Shown here: positions 18,944 through 28,314 of the stretch, piece by piece
Position numbering within the stretch: position 1 is the stretch's first letter
How the letters are laid out: each line of letters opens with the position of its first letter
Assembly: GCA_049510745.1 (NCBI GenBank)
Contig: JBEKYR010000004.1
Location: forward strand, 128,001-192,000
DNA from: Verrucomicrobiota bacterium
GTDB lineage: Bacteria; Verrucomicrobiota; Verrucomicrobiia; Limisphaerales; Palsa-1400
DNA: 64,000 nt
Direction of reading: 5' to 3'
The notes under the pieces: model-generated
The model's input: only the letters and a program-made list of their open reading frames with translations
Databases searched by the model: none
What the model was told of the DNA's origin: nothing
Translations under genes and position numbers: made by a program

Positions 18944-20679
18944 GGTGCCTTTTGTTCGGCGGGTTCACGCACTTTGAAGATTTGATCCACAGGAACGTTG
19001 GTCAACTCCTGGACCACTCCGCTCGGCCATCGAATTTCCATGCGATCCACCATCGTCGCTTTGCCGAGACCGAAATGCAGGCGCCGGTCACTCTGCATCA
19101 GGAAACCGAACGCGCAGCGCGCTTCACTGAAGAGGGTCTTGCCGCCCGCGGTGAGCTTCACTTTTGCGCCAAAGCCATCCCGATTGCTCTTCACCCCCTG
19201 CAAATCAAGCGTCAGCCAGTGGTTGCCGGATTTATCGCGGTTGTGAAGCAGAAACGGACGGTCCCCGATCGTGGTGACTATTATGTCCATTCGACCGTCA
19301 TTGTCATAATCGGCGACCGCAGATCCTCGCGCATTAATCTTGGTTTTGAAATAAGCGCCACCCTTTGCCGCGGCATCCGTGAATGTGCCGTCGCCGCGGT
19401 TTTCCAACAGCAGACTTTCCCAGCCGACCAGGTAATGCGGATCGCCGTTGGCAATGAAGATGTCGAGCTTGCCGGAATTGTCGAAGTCGAGGGCACAGCC
19501 GCCCCAACCGACGAATTGCGCGGTCAGCGCGCCGAGACCGGATGCCATCATGCGGTCGTCATAAATTCCGTTAGTTCTGCCCATGTAAAGCGAACCATAC
19601 CCAAGGCGCGTGATGAGCAGGTCCTGCAGGCCGTCGCCCTTGAAATCGGCTATCGTAGCCGCCATTGAGCCGGCGGCCTCGCCCATGGCGTTGAAGGCCA
19701 CGCCAGCCTGGAGCGCGATGTCTTTGAAGTGGCCCCTGCCGTCGTTGACCAGCAGCAGATTCGGCGTGCCGTCGTTGGAGACATAAAGATCCGGCGCGCC
19801 GTCGCCGTTGCAATCAAACGTCGCCACCGACATCGCCCGGTGTCCGGCAATTTCGATGCCGGAAGATTTGCTGACGTCCTCGAACGTGCCGTCACCGCGA
19901 TTGTGATAGAGCTTGTTGAACTGAGGCTTGTAGGAGAGCGGGCCGGGATACGCGTCGGGATTGTAATAAAGCTGGTAATTAGGATCAAAGGCGAGATAAT
20001 TCGCAACGAAGAGATCGAGCTTGCCATCGTTATCCGCGTCGAGCCAGACCGCGCCAATGCCTGTGCCGCCGAGATTGGCGACCCCTGCTTTTTCAGTCAC
20101 GTCTTCAAAAGTGCCGTCGCCTCGATTGTGATAAAGATAGCAGCGCCCCACACCAACGACGAAAAGGTCCTCATGCCCGTCGTTGTCGTAGTCACCGGCG
20201 ATCGCGGCCGTGCAATAGCCCATGCCGCTCAAACCGGCTTTTTCTGTGACGTCCTCGAACGTGCCGTCATGCCGGTTGCGGTAAAGACGATTGGGCTGGC
20301 GGACGGTGCCGGGCGGGTGATGCGTGACGCCGTCCAGCGGCCCGGAATTGACGAGGAACAAATCGGGCCAACCATCGCCATCATAGTCAAGCCAACAACC
20401 CCCCGCGCCGTTGGATTCCAGGATGTTGGCAATTTTTGAATCACAGAACTGGTGGACGAACTTGATGCCGGCCTTGGCGGTGACATCCTCGAACAAATCG
20501 TCCGGCCCGGCGGGAATCGGAGGCGTTGTCGCGCGACTCGGCGATGCTTGGGGCGGGCTGGAAGGCGAACGCCGCGTGATCGTTTTAACGCCGGCAACAG
20601 CCAGCGCCACAACCAGAATTAGCAACAAGGCGACCCCGATCTTGCGAGAACTTTTTTTTTGCTGGTTCATAGTTGACAT
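18940..20679 (-). CDS. CRTAC1-family FG-GAP protein with ASPIC/UnbV domain
   Basis: TM anchor, ESNGAG, DYDGDGWPD repeats, SNRDGFGA...QSDRRLHFGLG...WPSG. Confidence 0.9.
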   Translation of the reverse strand: MSTMNQQKKSSRKIGVALLLILVVALAVAGVKTITRRSPSSPPQASPSRATTPPIPAGPDDLFEDVTAKAGIKFVHQFCDSKIANILESNGAGGCWLDYDGDGWPDLFLVNSGPLDGVTHHPPGTVRQPNRLYRNRHDGTFEDVTEKAGLSGMGYCTAAIAGDYDNDGHEDLFVVGVGRCYLYHNRGDGTFEDVTEKAGVANLGGTGIGAVWLDADNDGKLDLFVANYLAFDPNYQLYYNPDAYPGPLSYKPQFNKLYHNRGDGTFEDVSKSSGIEIAGHRAMSVATFDCNGDGAPDLYVSNDGTPNLLLVNDGRGHFKDIALQAGVAFNAMGEAAGSMAATIADFKGDGLQDLLITRLGYGSLYMGRTNGIYDDRMMASGLGALTAQFVGWGGCALDFDNSGKLDIFIANGDPHYLVGWESLLLENRGDGTFTDAAAKGGAYFKTKINARGSAVADYDNDGRMDIIVTTIGDRPFLLHNRDKSGNHWLTLDLQGVKSNRDGFGAKVKLTAGGKTLFSEARCAFGFLMQSDRRLHFGLGKATMVDRMEIRWPSGVVQELTNVPVDQIFKVREPAEQKAP

Positions 20680-20802
20680 TTCCGCGGCGCGAAGAAACCA
20701 CTGCCGTTCAAGCCCATAACGAAAACCTAATCTGACATTAGGCGCACTAAGCTACGCGCGCGTTCAGATTAGCGGTGGAACCGTGATGAAAAAAAGAATG
20801 CC

Positions 20803-20834
20803 GGGCCGGACGGCTCGTTTTCTGGGATAAACGG
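20803..20834 (-). promoter_or_regulatory. Candidate LytTR tandem binding site
   Basis: Minus-strand CCGTTTATCCC (20834-20824) and CCGTCCGGCCC (20813-20803) lie 21 bp apart, about 125 bp upstream of the minus-strand operon. Confidence 0.5.
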
Positions 20835-20934
20835 AGTGTATCAAGCTGGAAATGACAATTCGTCCTGCTCCGTCCTGCTTTATGTGCATTTCACTTTCCC
20901 TTTCTTCTCATTCGAGGTTAAGTAGGCGCCGGAT

Positions 20935-23900
20935 ATGTCAAAGCGAATCGTTTTAATCGCCCTTGGAGTCGGAGTCATCTTGATTTTGGCGGTGATTGTC
21001 CTTCTCTCTCGCCAATCCCGAAGTGCTCAGGAGCAATTCACGCGCTTGATGGTTCGTGGCAATGGTTATTTGGAAAAGGGGGACGCGACCAACGCCATCA
21101 GCGCTTGCTTGCAAGTCGTGAAGCTGGCGCCGGAAAATCTCGACGCGCGGCTGAACCTCGCCAACGCGTATTTGCTCGCCGGAGATTTGCCGGGTGTGAT
21201 CGAGCAATGCCGGCAGGCGGTGGCTATCGACCATAACAGTGCCGCGGCCTACTACCTGATGGGTTGCGCTTATCTGCGGCAAAATCAGGCGGAGCGAGCC
21301 GTCCAGTCGTTTCAACAATCGAAACAGATTGATCCCGCCGTTACTGCGCTGGACTTCCAACTTGGTTTGGCCCAAGCCGCCCTGAGCCATGTGCAGGACG
21401 CGATCAGCCAATTTCAAACGGTCGTTCGTTTCGATCCGGACCATCCTTCAGCGCACTATCAACTCAGCAAGCTTTATCAACATGAGGGCCGCCTCGACGA
21501 CGCGGCGCGTGAGATGCAGATGCACCAGGAAGTTTTGGCTAAACATGCCGCCAACGCAAGTGGCCCGGCTGCTTTCGAACGATGCAAATATACGCAACCC
21601 AGAATCGCCTTTGTGCTGGAACAACCGGATCGCCGGGGAGTTCCCGTGCATTTCGTGGACGCCACCGCCACGGCATGTGCGCTAGCTTCCAACTATCATG
21701 CGCCGCTGGCGGTATTGGACCTCAACCATGACGGACGCAACAGCTTGTTCGTTTGCGAAGGCGACAAAGGTTTTCGCGTTTTGAACAATCAAAACGGGCG
21801 GTTTGAACCATTGAGTGAACTTTTGCCGGGCCGGTCGGGGGCGGTGTATCAACGTGCCTTGGTTGGTGACGTGAACAATGATCGTTTCGAGGATGTGATC
21901 GTTCTGGGCGAGCAAGTGTCGCACGCGTTCAAATTTGCCACCAATGGCCAGGCACGAGAGGTCACGACGTTTGCCGGCCTGAAGAATCTAAAAGCTCGCG
22001 ACGGCCTGCTGGCTGACCTGGACTTTACTGGAAAACTTGATTTGCTGGCGGTTCTGCCGGACGGAACCGGCCTGAGCCTTTACCAAAATCTCGGGAATTT
22101 TTATTTTCAAAACCAGACCAATTCGGGTCTGCCGGCGGCGGTGGACGGTGCCGCGCATGTTGCGGTCGAGGATTGGAACAACGAGGACGTGCCCGGCGTT
22201 TTCGTGACGCGTGCCGGCAAGCCGCCTCTCTTTTTCCCAAAACAGCGCGCCGGAACTTTTACCGCAACGAATACGCCCCCGGACTGGCCCGTGGGCGAAT
22301 GTATTGCGACGGGGGATCTGAACAATGATCTTCGACCCGACCTGGTCGTGGCGGGCGAGCGCAACCTGGAAATCGTTTTCGGCGGCCTGAAAGAGCGGAC
22401 AACCATTCCTCTGGATGGGCTGCGGGTAAAGGGGCTTCTGCTCGTGGACTACGACAATGACGGCTGGCTGGATATCATCGCCTACGGCAATGGCGTGCGG
22501 GTGTGGCGAAACTTGGGGAAGGCGGGATTTGTTGATGTGACCAAGGAGCTGGGCCTCGACCAAATCAATTCCGTGGACGCACTGGTGGCCGCAGATATCG
22601 ACAACGACGGGGCCACCGATCTGGTGTTGAGCGGGCCCAACGGCTTGCAGTTCTGGCGCAACGACGGCGGCAACGCCAACCGGCAATTGAAATTGCACCT
22701 GGCCTGCAATCGCTCGAACGCGAGCGCACTGGGGGTGCGCGTTGAGCTGGCTGCCGGAAATTGGAGGACGCTTCGCACGTTGCAGCAGCTTCCACTTGAG
22801 ATCGGCGTGGGGAAACACGACAAACTTGACGCGCTAAAAATCCGCTGGTTCGACACCGCGAGCACCCTGGTGGACGTGCCCGTTCAAACGAATCAACTGA
22901 CCGTGGATGAATTGACCGTGCCAACCGGCTCCTGTCCTTATCTGTACGCCTGGAACGGAAAACGTTTCCAGTTCGTGACCGACATCCTTGGCGCCGCCCC
23001 GCTCGGCTTGCCCGCGAGCAAAACGCGTTATTCCGACGCTGACCCGGAAGAGTTTCTCGCCTTGGGAGATGATCAAAAATGTCTGCCGAAGGACGGCCGC
23101 TACGAACTTCGAATCACCGAAGAGCTTCGGGAAGTGCTTTACCTCGACGAAGCCAAGCTGGTCGTGGTGGATCATCCTGCCGGCACGCTCGTTTGTCCGG
23201 CGGGCAAATTGGCGCCCGGCAGGCCGTTTCCACCGCACGGACTCTGGACGTTGCGTCCGCTGGCCCCACTTAAACGCGCGACCCGTAGCGACGGTCTTGA
23301 TGTGACGAGAGCTTTGAGCGCGACGGATGGCGAGATGGTTTCGCCGGTCCGCTTGCGCGAGCCCCAACTCCGCGGATTGGCTGAGCCTTTTTCCGTCACG
23401 ATGGATTTCGGCGAACTGGGAACGGATCTTCCGCTGGTTCTGGTTTTGAACGGCTGGTTGCGTTTCGGGGGCGGCATGGCAAATGTGGCCGCGTCGCTGG
23501 ATCCGAATCTCCCGTTTCCCTTCCCCACCCTTGAAACCGAATTGAGCGATGGTTCCTGGACGAATGTGGATGTCGTCGTCGGCGCGCCCTGCGGAAAAAC
23601 CAAAACGATTCTGGTTGATCTGGAGCACAAGCTTCCGCCGGGCGCCCGGCGGCTGCGACTGACCACCGCCTTTGAAATTTACTGGGATTCCGCCTTCCTC
23701 GCGGAAAAAATCACGGCTGAAAATAACCGTCAGGTCACTCTCGCGCCGGACCAAACGGATTTGCATTGGCGGGGATTTAGCGAGTTCATGCCGTTGCCCG
23801 ACTGGCTGCCGCTCACGCCGGATTACGAGAAGGTTCGATCCGACCCGCCCTGGCGGCGCACGCCCTCCGGCTGGTGCACACGCTACGGACCGGTGGACGA

Positions 23901-24213
23901 GCTGATTGCAAACAGTGACGACGCTCTGGTGTTGTTAAACGGCGGTGATGAGCTTGCGCTGTCTTTCAAAGCCGATCGTTTGCCGGTGAAGCCTGCAGGT
24001 TTTGTTCGGGACTTCTATCTTTACGTTGTCGGCTGGGACAAGGACGCTGATTTCCATGTCGCCCAGGGCTGGCGTGTCGAACCGTTGCCGTTTCACGGAA
24101 TGGACGATCAAAAATACGCTCATCCATCTCCGCCGGCGGCCGAGAAGGATTGGGTTGAGAAATACAACACGCGTTGGGTGGGGCCAATGGTGTTCAGCAA
24201 GCGGGTAAAATAA
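20935..24213 (+). CDS. TPR + FG-GAP + ASPIC/UnbV protein with C-terminal GSCP domain
   Basis: TM anchor, about 5 TPRs, DxDNDG repeats, SNASALG, TGSCPYLYAWNG domain. Confidence 0.85.
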   Translation: MSKRIVLIALGVGVILILAVIVLLSRQSRSAQEQFTRLMVRGNGYLEKGDATNAISACLQVVKLAPENLDARLNLANAYLLAGDLPGVIEQCRQAVAIDHNSAAAYYLMGCAYLRQNQAERAVQSFQQSKQIDPAVTALDFQLGLAQAALSHVQDAISQFQTVVRFDPDHPSAHYQLSKLYQHEGRLDDAAREMQMHQEVLAKHAANASGPAAFERCKYTQPRIAFVLEQPDRRGVPVHFVDATATACALASNYHAPLAVLDLNHDGRNSLFVCEGDKGFRVLNNQNGRFEPLSELLPGRSGAVYQRALVGDVNNDRFEDVIVLGEQVSHAFKFATNGQAREVTTFAGLKNLKARDGLLADLDFTGKLDLLAVLPDGTGLSLYQNLGNFYFQNQTNSGLPAAVDGAAHVAVEDWNNEDVPGVFVTRAGKPPLFFPKQRAGTFTATNTPPDWPVGECIATGDLNNDLRPDLVVAGERNLEIVFGGLKERTTIPLDGLRVKGLLLVDYDNDGWLDIIAYGNGVRVWRNLGKAGFVDVTKELGLDQINSVDALVAADIDNDGATDLVLSGPNGLQFWRNDGGNANRQLKLHLACNRSNASALGVRVELAAGNWRTLRTLQQLPLEIGVGKHDKLDALKIRWFDTASTLVDVPVQTNQLTVDELTVPTGSCPYLYAWNGKRFQFVTDILGAAPLGLPASKTRYSDADPEEFLALGDDQKCLPKDGRYELRITEELREVLYLDEAKLVVVDHPAGTLVCPAGKLAPGRPFPPHGLWTLRPLAPLKRATRSDGLDVTRALSATDGEMVSPVRLREPQLRGLAEPFSVTMDFGELGTDLPLVLVLNGWLRFGGGMANVAASLDPNLPFPFPTLETELSDGSWTNVDVVVGAPCGKTKTILVDLEHKLPPGARRLRLTTAFEIYWDSAFLAEKITAENNRQVTLAPDQTDLHWRGFSEFMPLPDWLPLTPDYEKVRSDPPWRRTPSGWCTRYGPVDELIANSDDALVLLNGGDELALSFKADRLPVKPAGFVRDFYLYVVGWDKDADFHVAQGWRVEPLPFHGMDDQKYAHPSPPAAEKDWVEKYNTRWVGPMVFSKRVK

Positions 24214-24235
24214 CCGCGCTCCAGCGAGCATCCAA

Positions 24236-27200
24236 TTACTTTCCGTGATTCTCCAGCGACCCGGACGAATCCGTCACCTGGCCGCTTTCATTGATGGTGA
24301 CCTTTGCCGCGCCGTTGGGCAGGTCGCTCTCGGTAATCTTGCCGCCGGGCCAGCGGATCCAGACTTTCGTCGGCGGTTCCGGACAACCCAGGACCTGTAC
24401 GACGCTGTCTTGCGACCAGTAACCGGAGCCGCCATGGATTTCGCGCGCAGGGCCGAAGCGCTGGCCGAACTCCAGGCGGATGGCGGCGCCGATGGCGTGG
24501 GGATTCCCCGGCGGCCCGATTAATCGCACACTCAACCCCGGTTTGGCGCCCCTGTTCTTGAATAACTTGGTTTCTGCGCCGTTTTGGGCCACGGCCAAGT
24601 CCACCCGGCCGTCGCCATTGAAATCGCCCACCGCCGCTCCGCGCTGTTCGCCGTAAATGATGATGCCCGATTCCTGTCCCGGCATGGCCTCCAACTTCCC
24701 GCCGCCCAGCCCGCGCAAGAGCAAGCCCCGCCCCGCATCCTGGCGAGGCTGGTCCGGGCGCACTTGAAAAAAGTTTTGGCTTAGAAAAACGTCTTCGTTT
24801 CCGTCGCCATCGAAATCCGCCACGTTGACGCCGAAGGCTGGGGCCAGTTGCGCCGGATACGGCAACGGGACGGCCTCGAAACCGTTCGTGCGGTTGAAAA
24901 ACACCGTGGACGCCAGCGTCGTGGCCTCCACGCGGCTGGCCGCCTTGGGCAGCGCCGCCAGGACTTTCTCGATGGAGGCTTCGCTGTATTCCTTGTGGGT
25001 GGGAAATGCGGTCACGAAAAACGGAAACGCCACCGCCATCGCGGACCGGTCGCGCATGGGCACGACCGCGTTGAGGAGCGGATCATAGACCGTTTCAATC
25101 AAGTCATCCACGCCGGTGTCGGAGAAATCGCCATAATACAACGCCGCCGGATGTTGGGCGCTGGCCCGATAATCCGAGTTCCATCCCCAGTTGCCGGCAA
25201 TGATGTCCAGCCGGCCGTCGCCATCAATGTCTCCCGTCGTCACCCCGCGCCACCAACCGGTGTATTGGTCCAGGCCGAGCTCCCTGGTAATTTCGTGCAA
25301 GTGGCCCTTTTGATTCTTGAAGACGCGAATCGGGCCCCACTCGCAGGCCAGGATCAAGTCGGGAAACCCGGCCCCGTCCAGATCGCTCCAGACCGCGCCG
25401 TTTACCAGGCCGACGTTTTCCAAGGCCCGGGTGTTTTCCAGGTCGAGCACAAGCTGTTTTCCATCGTCGCGATAAATCTTCGAGCTGGCCGCCTCGGGAT
25501 AATGGCCGGGAATCACGCGCCCGCCTACAAACACGTCGAGATGCCCGTCGCCATAAACGTCGGCCACGGCCACCGGCCCGGTGCTGGCCCGCTGTCCGGG
25601 AAAATTGGCAATCGGATCCAGGCGGTTCGAATTGCACGAAAATACCCAACCCGACGGGAGGGCGCCGCGGATTTCATAGCTGGCCTGGCCGACCACCCAG
25701 AAAGGGGCGCCGTTGGGTTGAATCCAGCCCACGATACTCGTCAAATCGTCGGCATTGGTCAGCGCCGATTCCAGACGCACGAACCGGTCGTTGCCTTCCG
25801 CGGCGAACGCCTCCAATCGCCCCCCGCGCGGCGAGCCGATGACCAGCGCCTCGTGCCCGTTGGTGTCGCAGCTTACCCAGGCGACCCCGGGGCCGTCACA
25901 GCTCAGCCTGTGGGGCAATAGCGGCTGAACCTGGAAGTCGTCAAAATCCGCCTTCTGATACTGGTGCCCAATGAGCGAACTGACATCCTCAAACAGAGGC
26001 TTGAGCGGTTCGGCTGGCGGGGCCGGTTTGACGGAACTTGCGCCCGCTTCGTCTATTTCATAGATGCGGTTCGGGCGGACATCGCGGACGGCGCTGACCT
26101 TGCCATCGCGCCAGGTCACTTCGAGGGCCATGCTCTGGCTTTTGCCCGCGGCAAACACGCGCGCCGGGTCCGAGCCGGAAAGATATAACCCGCCACTCTT
26201 CACTTCCGCGCTTTGCATCGGCACGGCGCCGTTGAACAGTTTGATTTTCGCCCCGATGCCCTGTGAATTGGGCGCCCGCCCTTTTACGCGCACGGCCACC
26301 CGCGGCGCGGTTGCGTTATTGCGATAGATTTCGGCCGGCCCGTTAAAGCCGTTGACCACCAAGTCCAACTTGCCTCTTCCGTCCAAATCGCCCAAGGCTA
26401 AGCCCGTGCGGATGCCCGGGTCCGCAAGCCCCCATTGCAGGCCAAAGTCCTGGAATTGCAGCCCCGGCTTCCCCAAATTCCGGAAGGCCACAATGGGGTT
26501 CGTGAGCGGCTCCCGCATGGAATTGTTTCGCAGCAGCCCCTCGGTGAGGCGTTCTTGCTTCGAGCGCTCGATCTCATGGCCATCGGGTCCGATCTTGGGC
26601 GGCACCAGACGCTTGGCCCGCTCCAACTCCAGAGCTTTGGCTGACGCATCGCGGTCCTGCACGTCCCGAAAGAAACCGGTAATGACCAAAATGTCATCCC
26701 AGCCATCGAGGTCCACGTCCAGAAAGACCGGTTGCCAGGACCATTCGGCGGCGGCCACACCGGCGAACGCGGCGATTTCTTCAAAAGTCCCGTCGCCGCG
26801 GTTGTGAAACAGCGTGTTGCGCGTCACTTGAGGGGGGTCCTCTGCGCCCGGACCGAACAAATAACTCATCTCGTCGAGATTCTGCTGTTTCCGCACACTC
26901 CAGCTTCGGCTCACCATGTCCGAAACGATGAAGTCCTCATGGCCATCGTGGTCGAGGTCGGCAAAATCCACCCCCATGGAACTGGCGCTGGTGTGGCGCT
27001 GGGTGGTTTTCGGAACGGCGCGAAAATGTCCGTGCCCGTCATTGATCCAAAAACGATCGGGCGTCCAAAAATCGTCGCAGACATAAAGGTCCGGGGCGCC
27101 GTCGCCATTCACATCGTGGAATTGCGCGCCATTGGCCCAATCTTTCGGCGCTTCGGTGAGCGGTTTTCCGGCCTCGTCCAGAAAAGCGCCGTTGGTCCAG

Positions 27201-28036
27201 GAGACCGGCGAAAAATTCCCGTGGCCGTCGTTCAGGTAGAGCTGTCCGGGTTCTCCATACGGATAAGCCTGATTGTGAGCGGTCGTCACCTCATTCTGCA
27301 ACCGCGGCGGAACCTTGAGTTGGCCGTTGACCACAAGGAGTGTGGCGTCTGCCCGGTCCTGCACCGAAGAGCTTTTATAATCAGCCACGTAAAGGTCGAG
27401 CGTCCCGTTGCCGTCCACGTCCGCCAGCGCCAGCGTGGCCGCGCAATGATCCGAGAGCAAGCCGGCGGAACCGCTGATGTCCGCAAACGTGCCATCGTGC
27501 TTGTTGGTGAACACCAGCACTCCGTGTCCCATGGTGCCGACCAGCAGATCCGGCCAGCCGTCGCCGTTGATGTCGGCAAAAACCGCTCCCCGGCAAATGT
27601 AGTTGGTGCAAACGATGCCCGACGCCGCGGTCACGTCTTTGAACTTGAAGCCGCCAAGGTTTCGGTAAAGCGCGCAATGTCCATCCAACGCGCAAAGGAA
27701 AATGTCCGGCAGGCCGTCTTTGTCGAAATCTCCCACCGCCACCCCCGAGCCTTCGGCCAGGATCCGGTTTTCGGCGATCGCGCGTTCACTCACCTGGTTG
27801 GTGAAATAGAGGCCCGTTTCGTCGGGCAGCAAGCGAGTGAAACCGGGCTTGCCCGGGGGCTCCGGAGGAAGCTCGGCCCAACGAAAACCCGTCTCCTCAT
27901 GCCATTGAAATCCCGCGGCGATGGCCGGCGCTTCCCAAAACAGGACCGCGAGAAGAGCCAACCACAACAATCCGCATCGGCGATTTTCCGTCGCGATGGA
28001 TTTGATTCTTACGGAGACACTCACACTGGAACGCAT
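24236..28036 (-). CDS. Large FG-GAP/VCBS protein with two ASPIC/UnbV domains
   Basis: Many DxxGDGxxD repeats; NSQGIGA...YLSGSD and NPHAIGA...GGSGYWSQDS...WPGG. Start placed at ATG 28036 (uncertain). Confidence 0.85.
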   Translation of the reverse strand: MRSSVSVSVRIKSIATENRRCGLLWLALLAVLFWEAPAIAAGFQWHEETGFRWAELPPEPPGKPGFTRLLPDETGLYFTNQVSERAIAENRILAEGSGVAVGDFDKDGLPDIFLCALDGHCALYRNLGGFKFKDVTAASGIVCTNYICRGAVFADINGDGWPDLLVGTMGHGVLVFTNKHDGTFADISGSAGLLSDHCAATLALADVDGNGTLDLYVADYKSSSVQDRADATLLVVNGQLKVPPRLQNEVTTAHNQAYPYGEPGQLYLNDGHGNFSPVSWTNGAFLDEAGKPLTEAPKDWANGAQFHDVNGDGAPDLYVCDDFWTPDRFWINDGHGHFRAVPKTTQRHTSASSMGVDFADLDHDGHEDFIVSDMVSRSWSVRKQQNLDEMSYLFGPGAEDPPQVTRNTLFHNRGDGTFEEIAAFAGVAAAEWSWQPVFLDVDLDGWDDILVITGFFRDVQDRDASAKALELERAKRLVPPKIGPDGHEIERSKQERLTEGLLRNNSMREPLTNPIVAFRNLGKPGLQFQDFGLQWGLADPGIRTGLALGDLDGRGKLDLVVNGFNGPAEIYRNNATAPRVAVRVKGRAPNSQGIGAKIKLFNGAVPMQSAEVKSGGLYLSGSDPARVFAAGKSQSMALEVTWRDGKVSAVRDVRPNRIYEIDEAGASSVKPAPPAEPLKPLFEDVSSLIGHQYQKADFDDFQVQPLLPHRLSCDGPGVAWVSCDTNGHEALVIGSPRGGRLEAFAAEGNDRFVRLESALTNADDLTSIVGWIQPNGAPFWVVGQASYEIRGALPSGWVFSCNSNRLDPIANFPGQRASTGPVAVADVYGDGHLDVFVGGRVIPGHYPEAASSKIYRDDGKQLVLDLENTRALENVGLVNGAVWSDLDGAGFPDLILACEWGPIRVFKNQKGHLHEITRELGLDQYTGWWRGVTTGDIDGDGRLDIIAGNWGWNSDYRASAQHPAALYYGDFSDTGVDDLIETVYDPLLNAVVPMRDRSAMAVAFPFFVTAFPTHKEYSEASIEKVLAALPKAASRVEATTLASTVFFNRTNGFEAVPLPYPAQLAPAFGVNVADFDGDGNEDVFLSQNFFQVRPDQPRQDAGRGLLLRGLGGGKLEAMPGQESGIIIYGEQRGAAVGDFNGDGRVDLAVAQNGAETKLFKNRGAKPGLSVRLIGPPGNPHAIGAAIRLEFGQRFGPAREIHGGSGYWSQDSVVQVLGCPEPPTKVWIRWPGGKITESDLPNGAAKVTINESGQVTDSSGSLENHGK

Positions 28037-28230
28037 GAACACAATGAAACAGGAATATTCATCCTGGCGCAAACAGATTGTTGGGTGCAAGTCCAAGCGC
28101 CTCCTGCCGAAACCGCAACATGACACTCAGGGCGTTTGGCCAAGCCAATGGGCGAATTGAAAGGCCGCCGGGCACTTTGCCGTTGTGCAAAAGCCGGCCG
28201 TGAACGCATTGTTCGGCAGCCCGGACAAGT

Positions 28231-28266
28231 AAAAAAGAGAGGCAGAGTTGTTGTCCTCTGCCTCTC
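28231..28266 (-). terminator. Rho-independent terminator
   Basis: Perfect 11-bp stem GAGAGGCAGAG/CTCTGCCTCTC (28237-28247, 28256-28266) with an 8-nt loop, followed by T6 on the minus strand, about 50 bp after the LamG gene stop. Confidence 0.85.
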
Positions 28267-28314
28267 CCAACGTAAGACCCCGAACCTCAATCCACGCCCA
28301 TCGCTACAGGGCTA

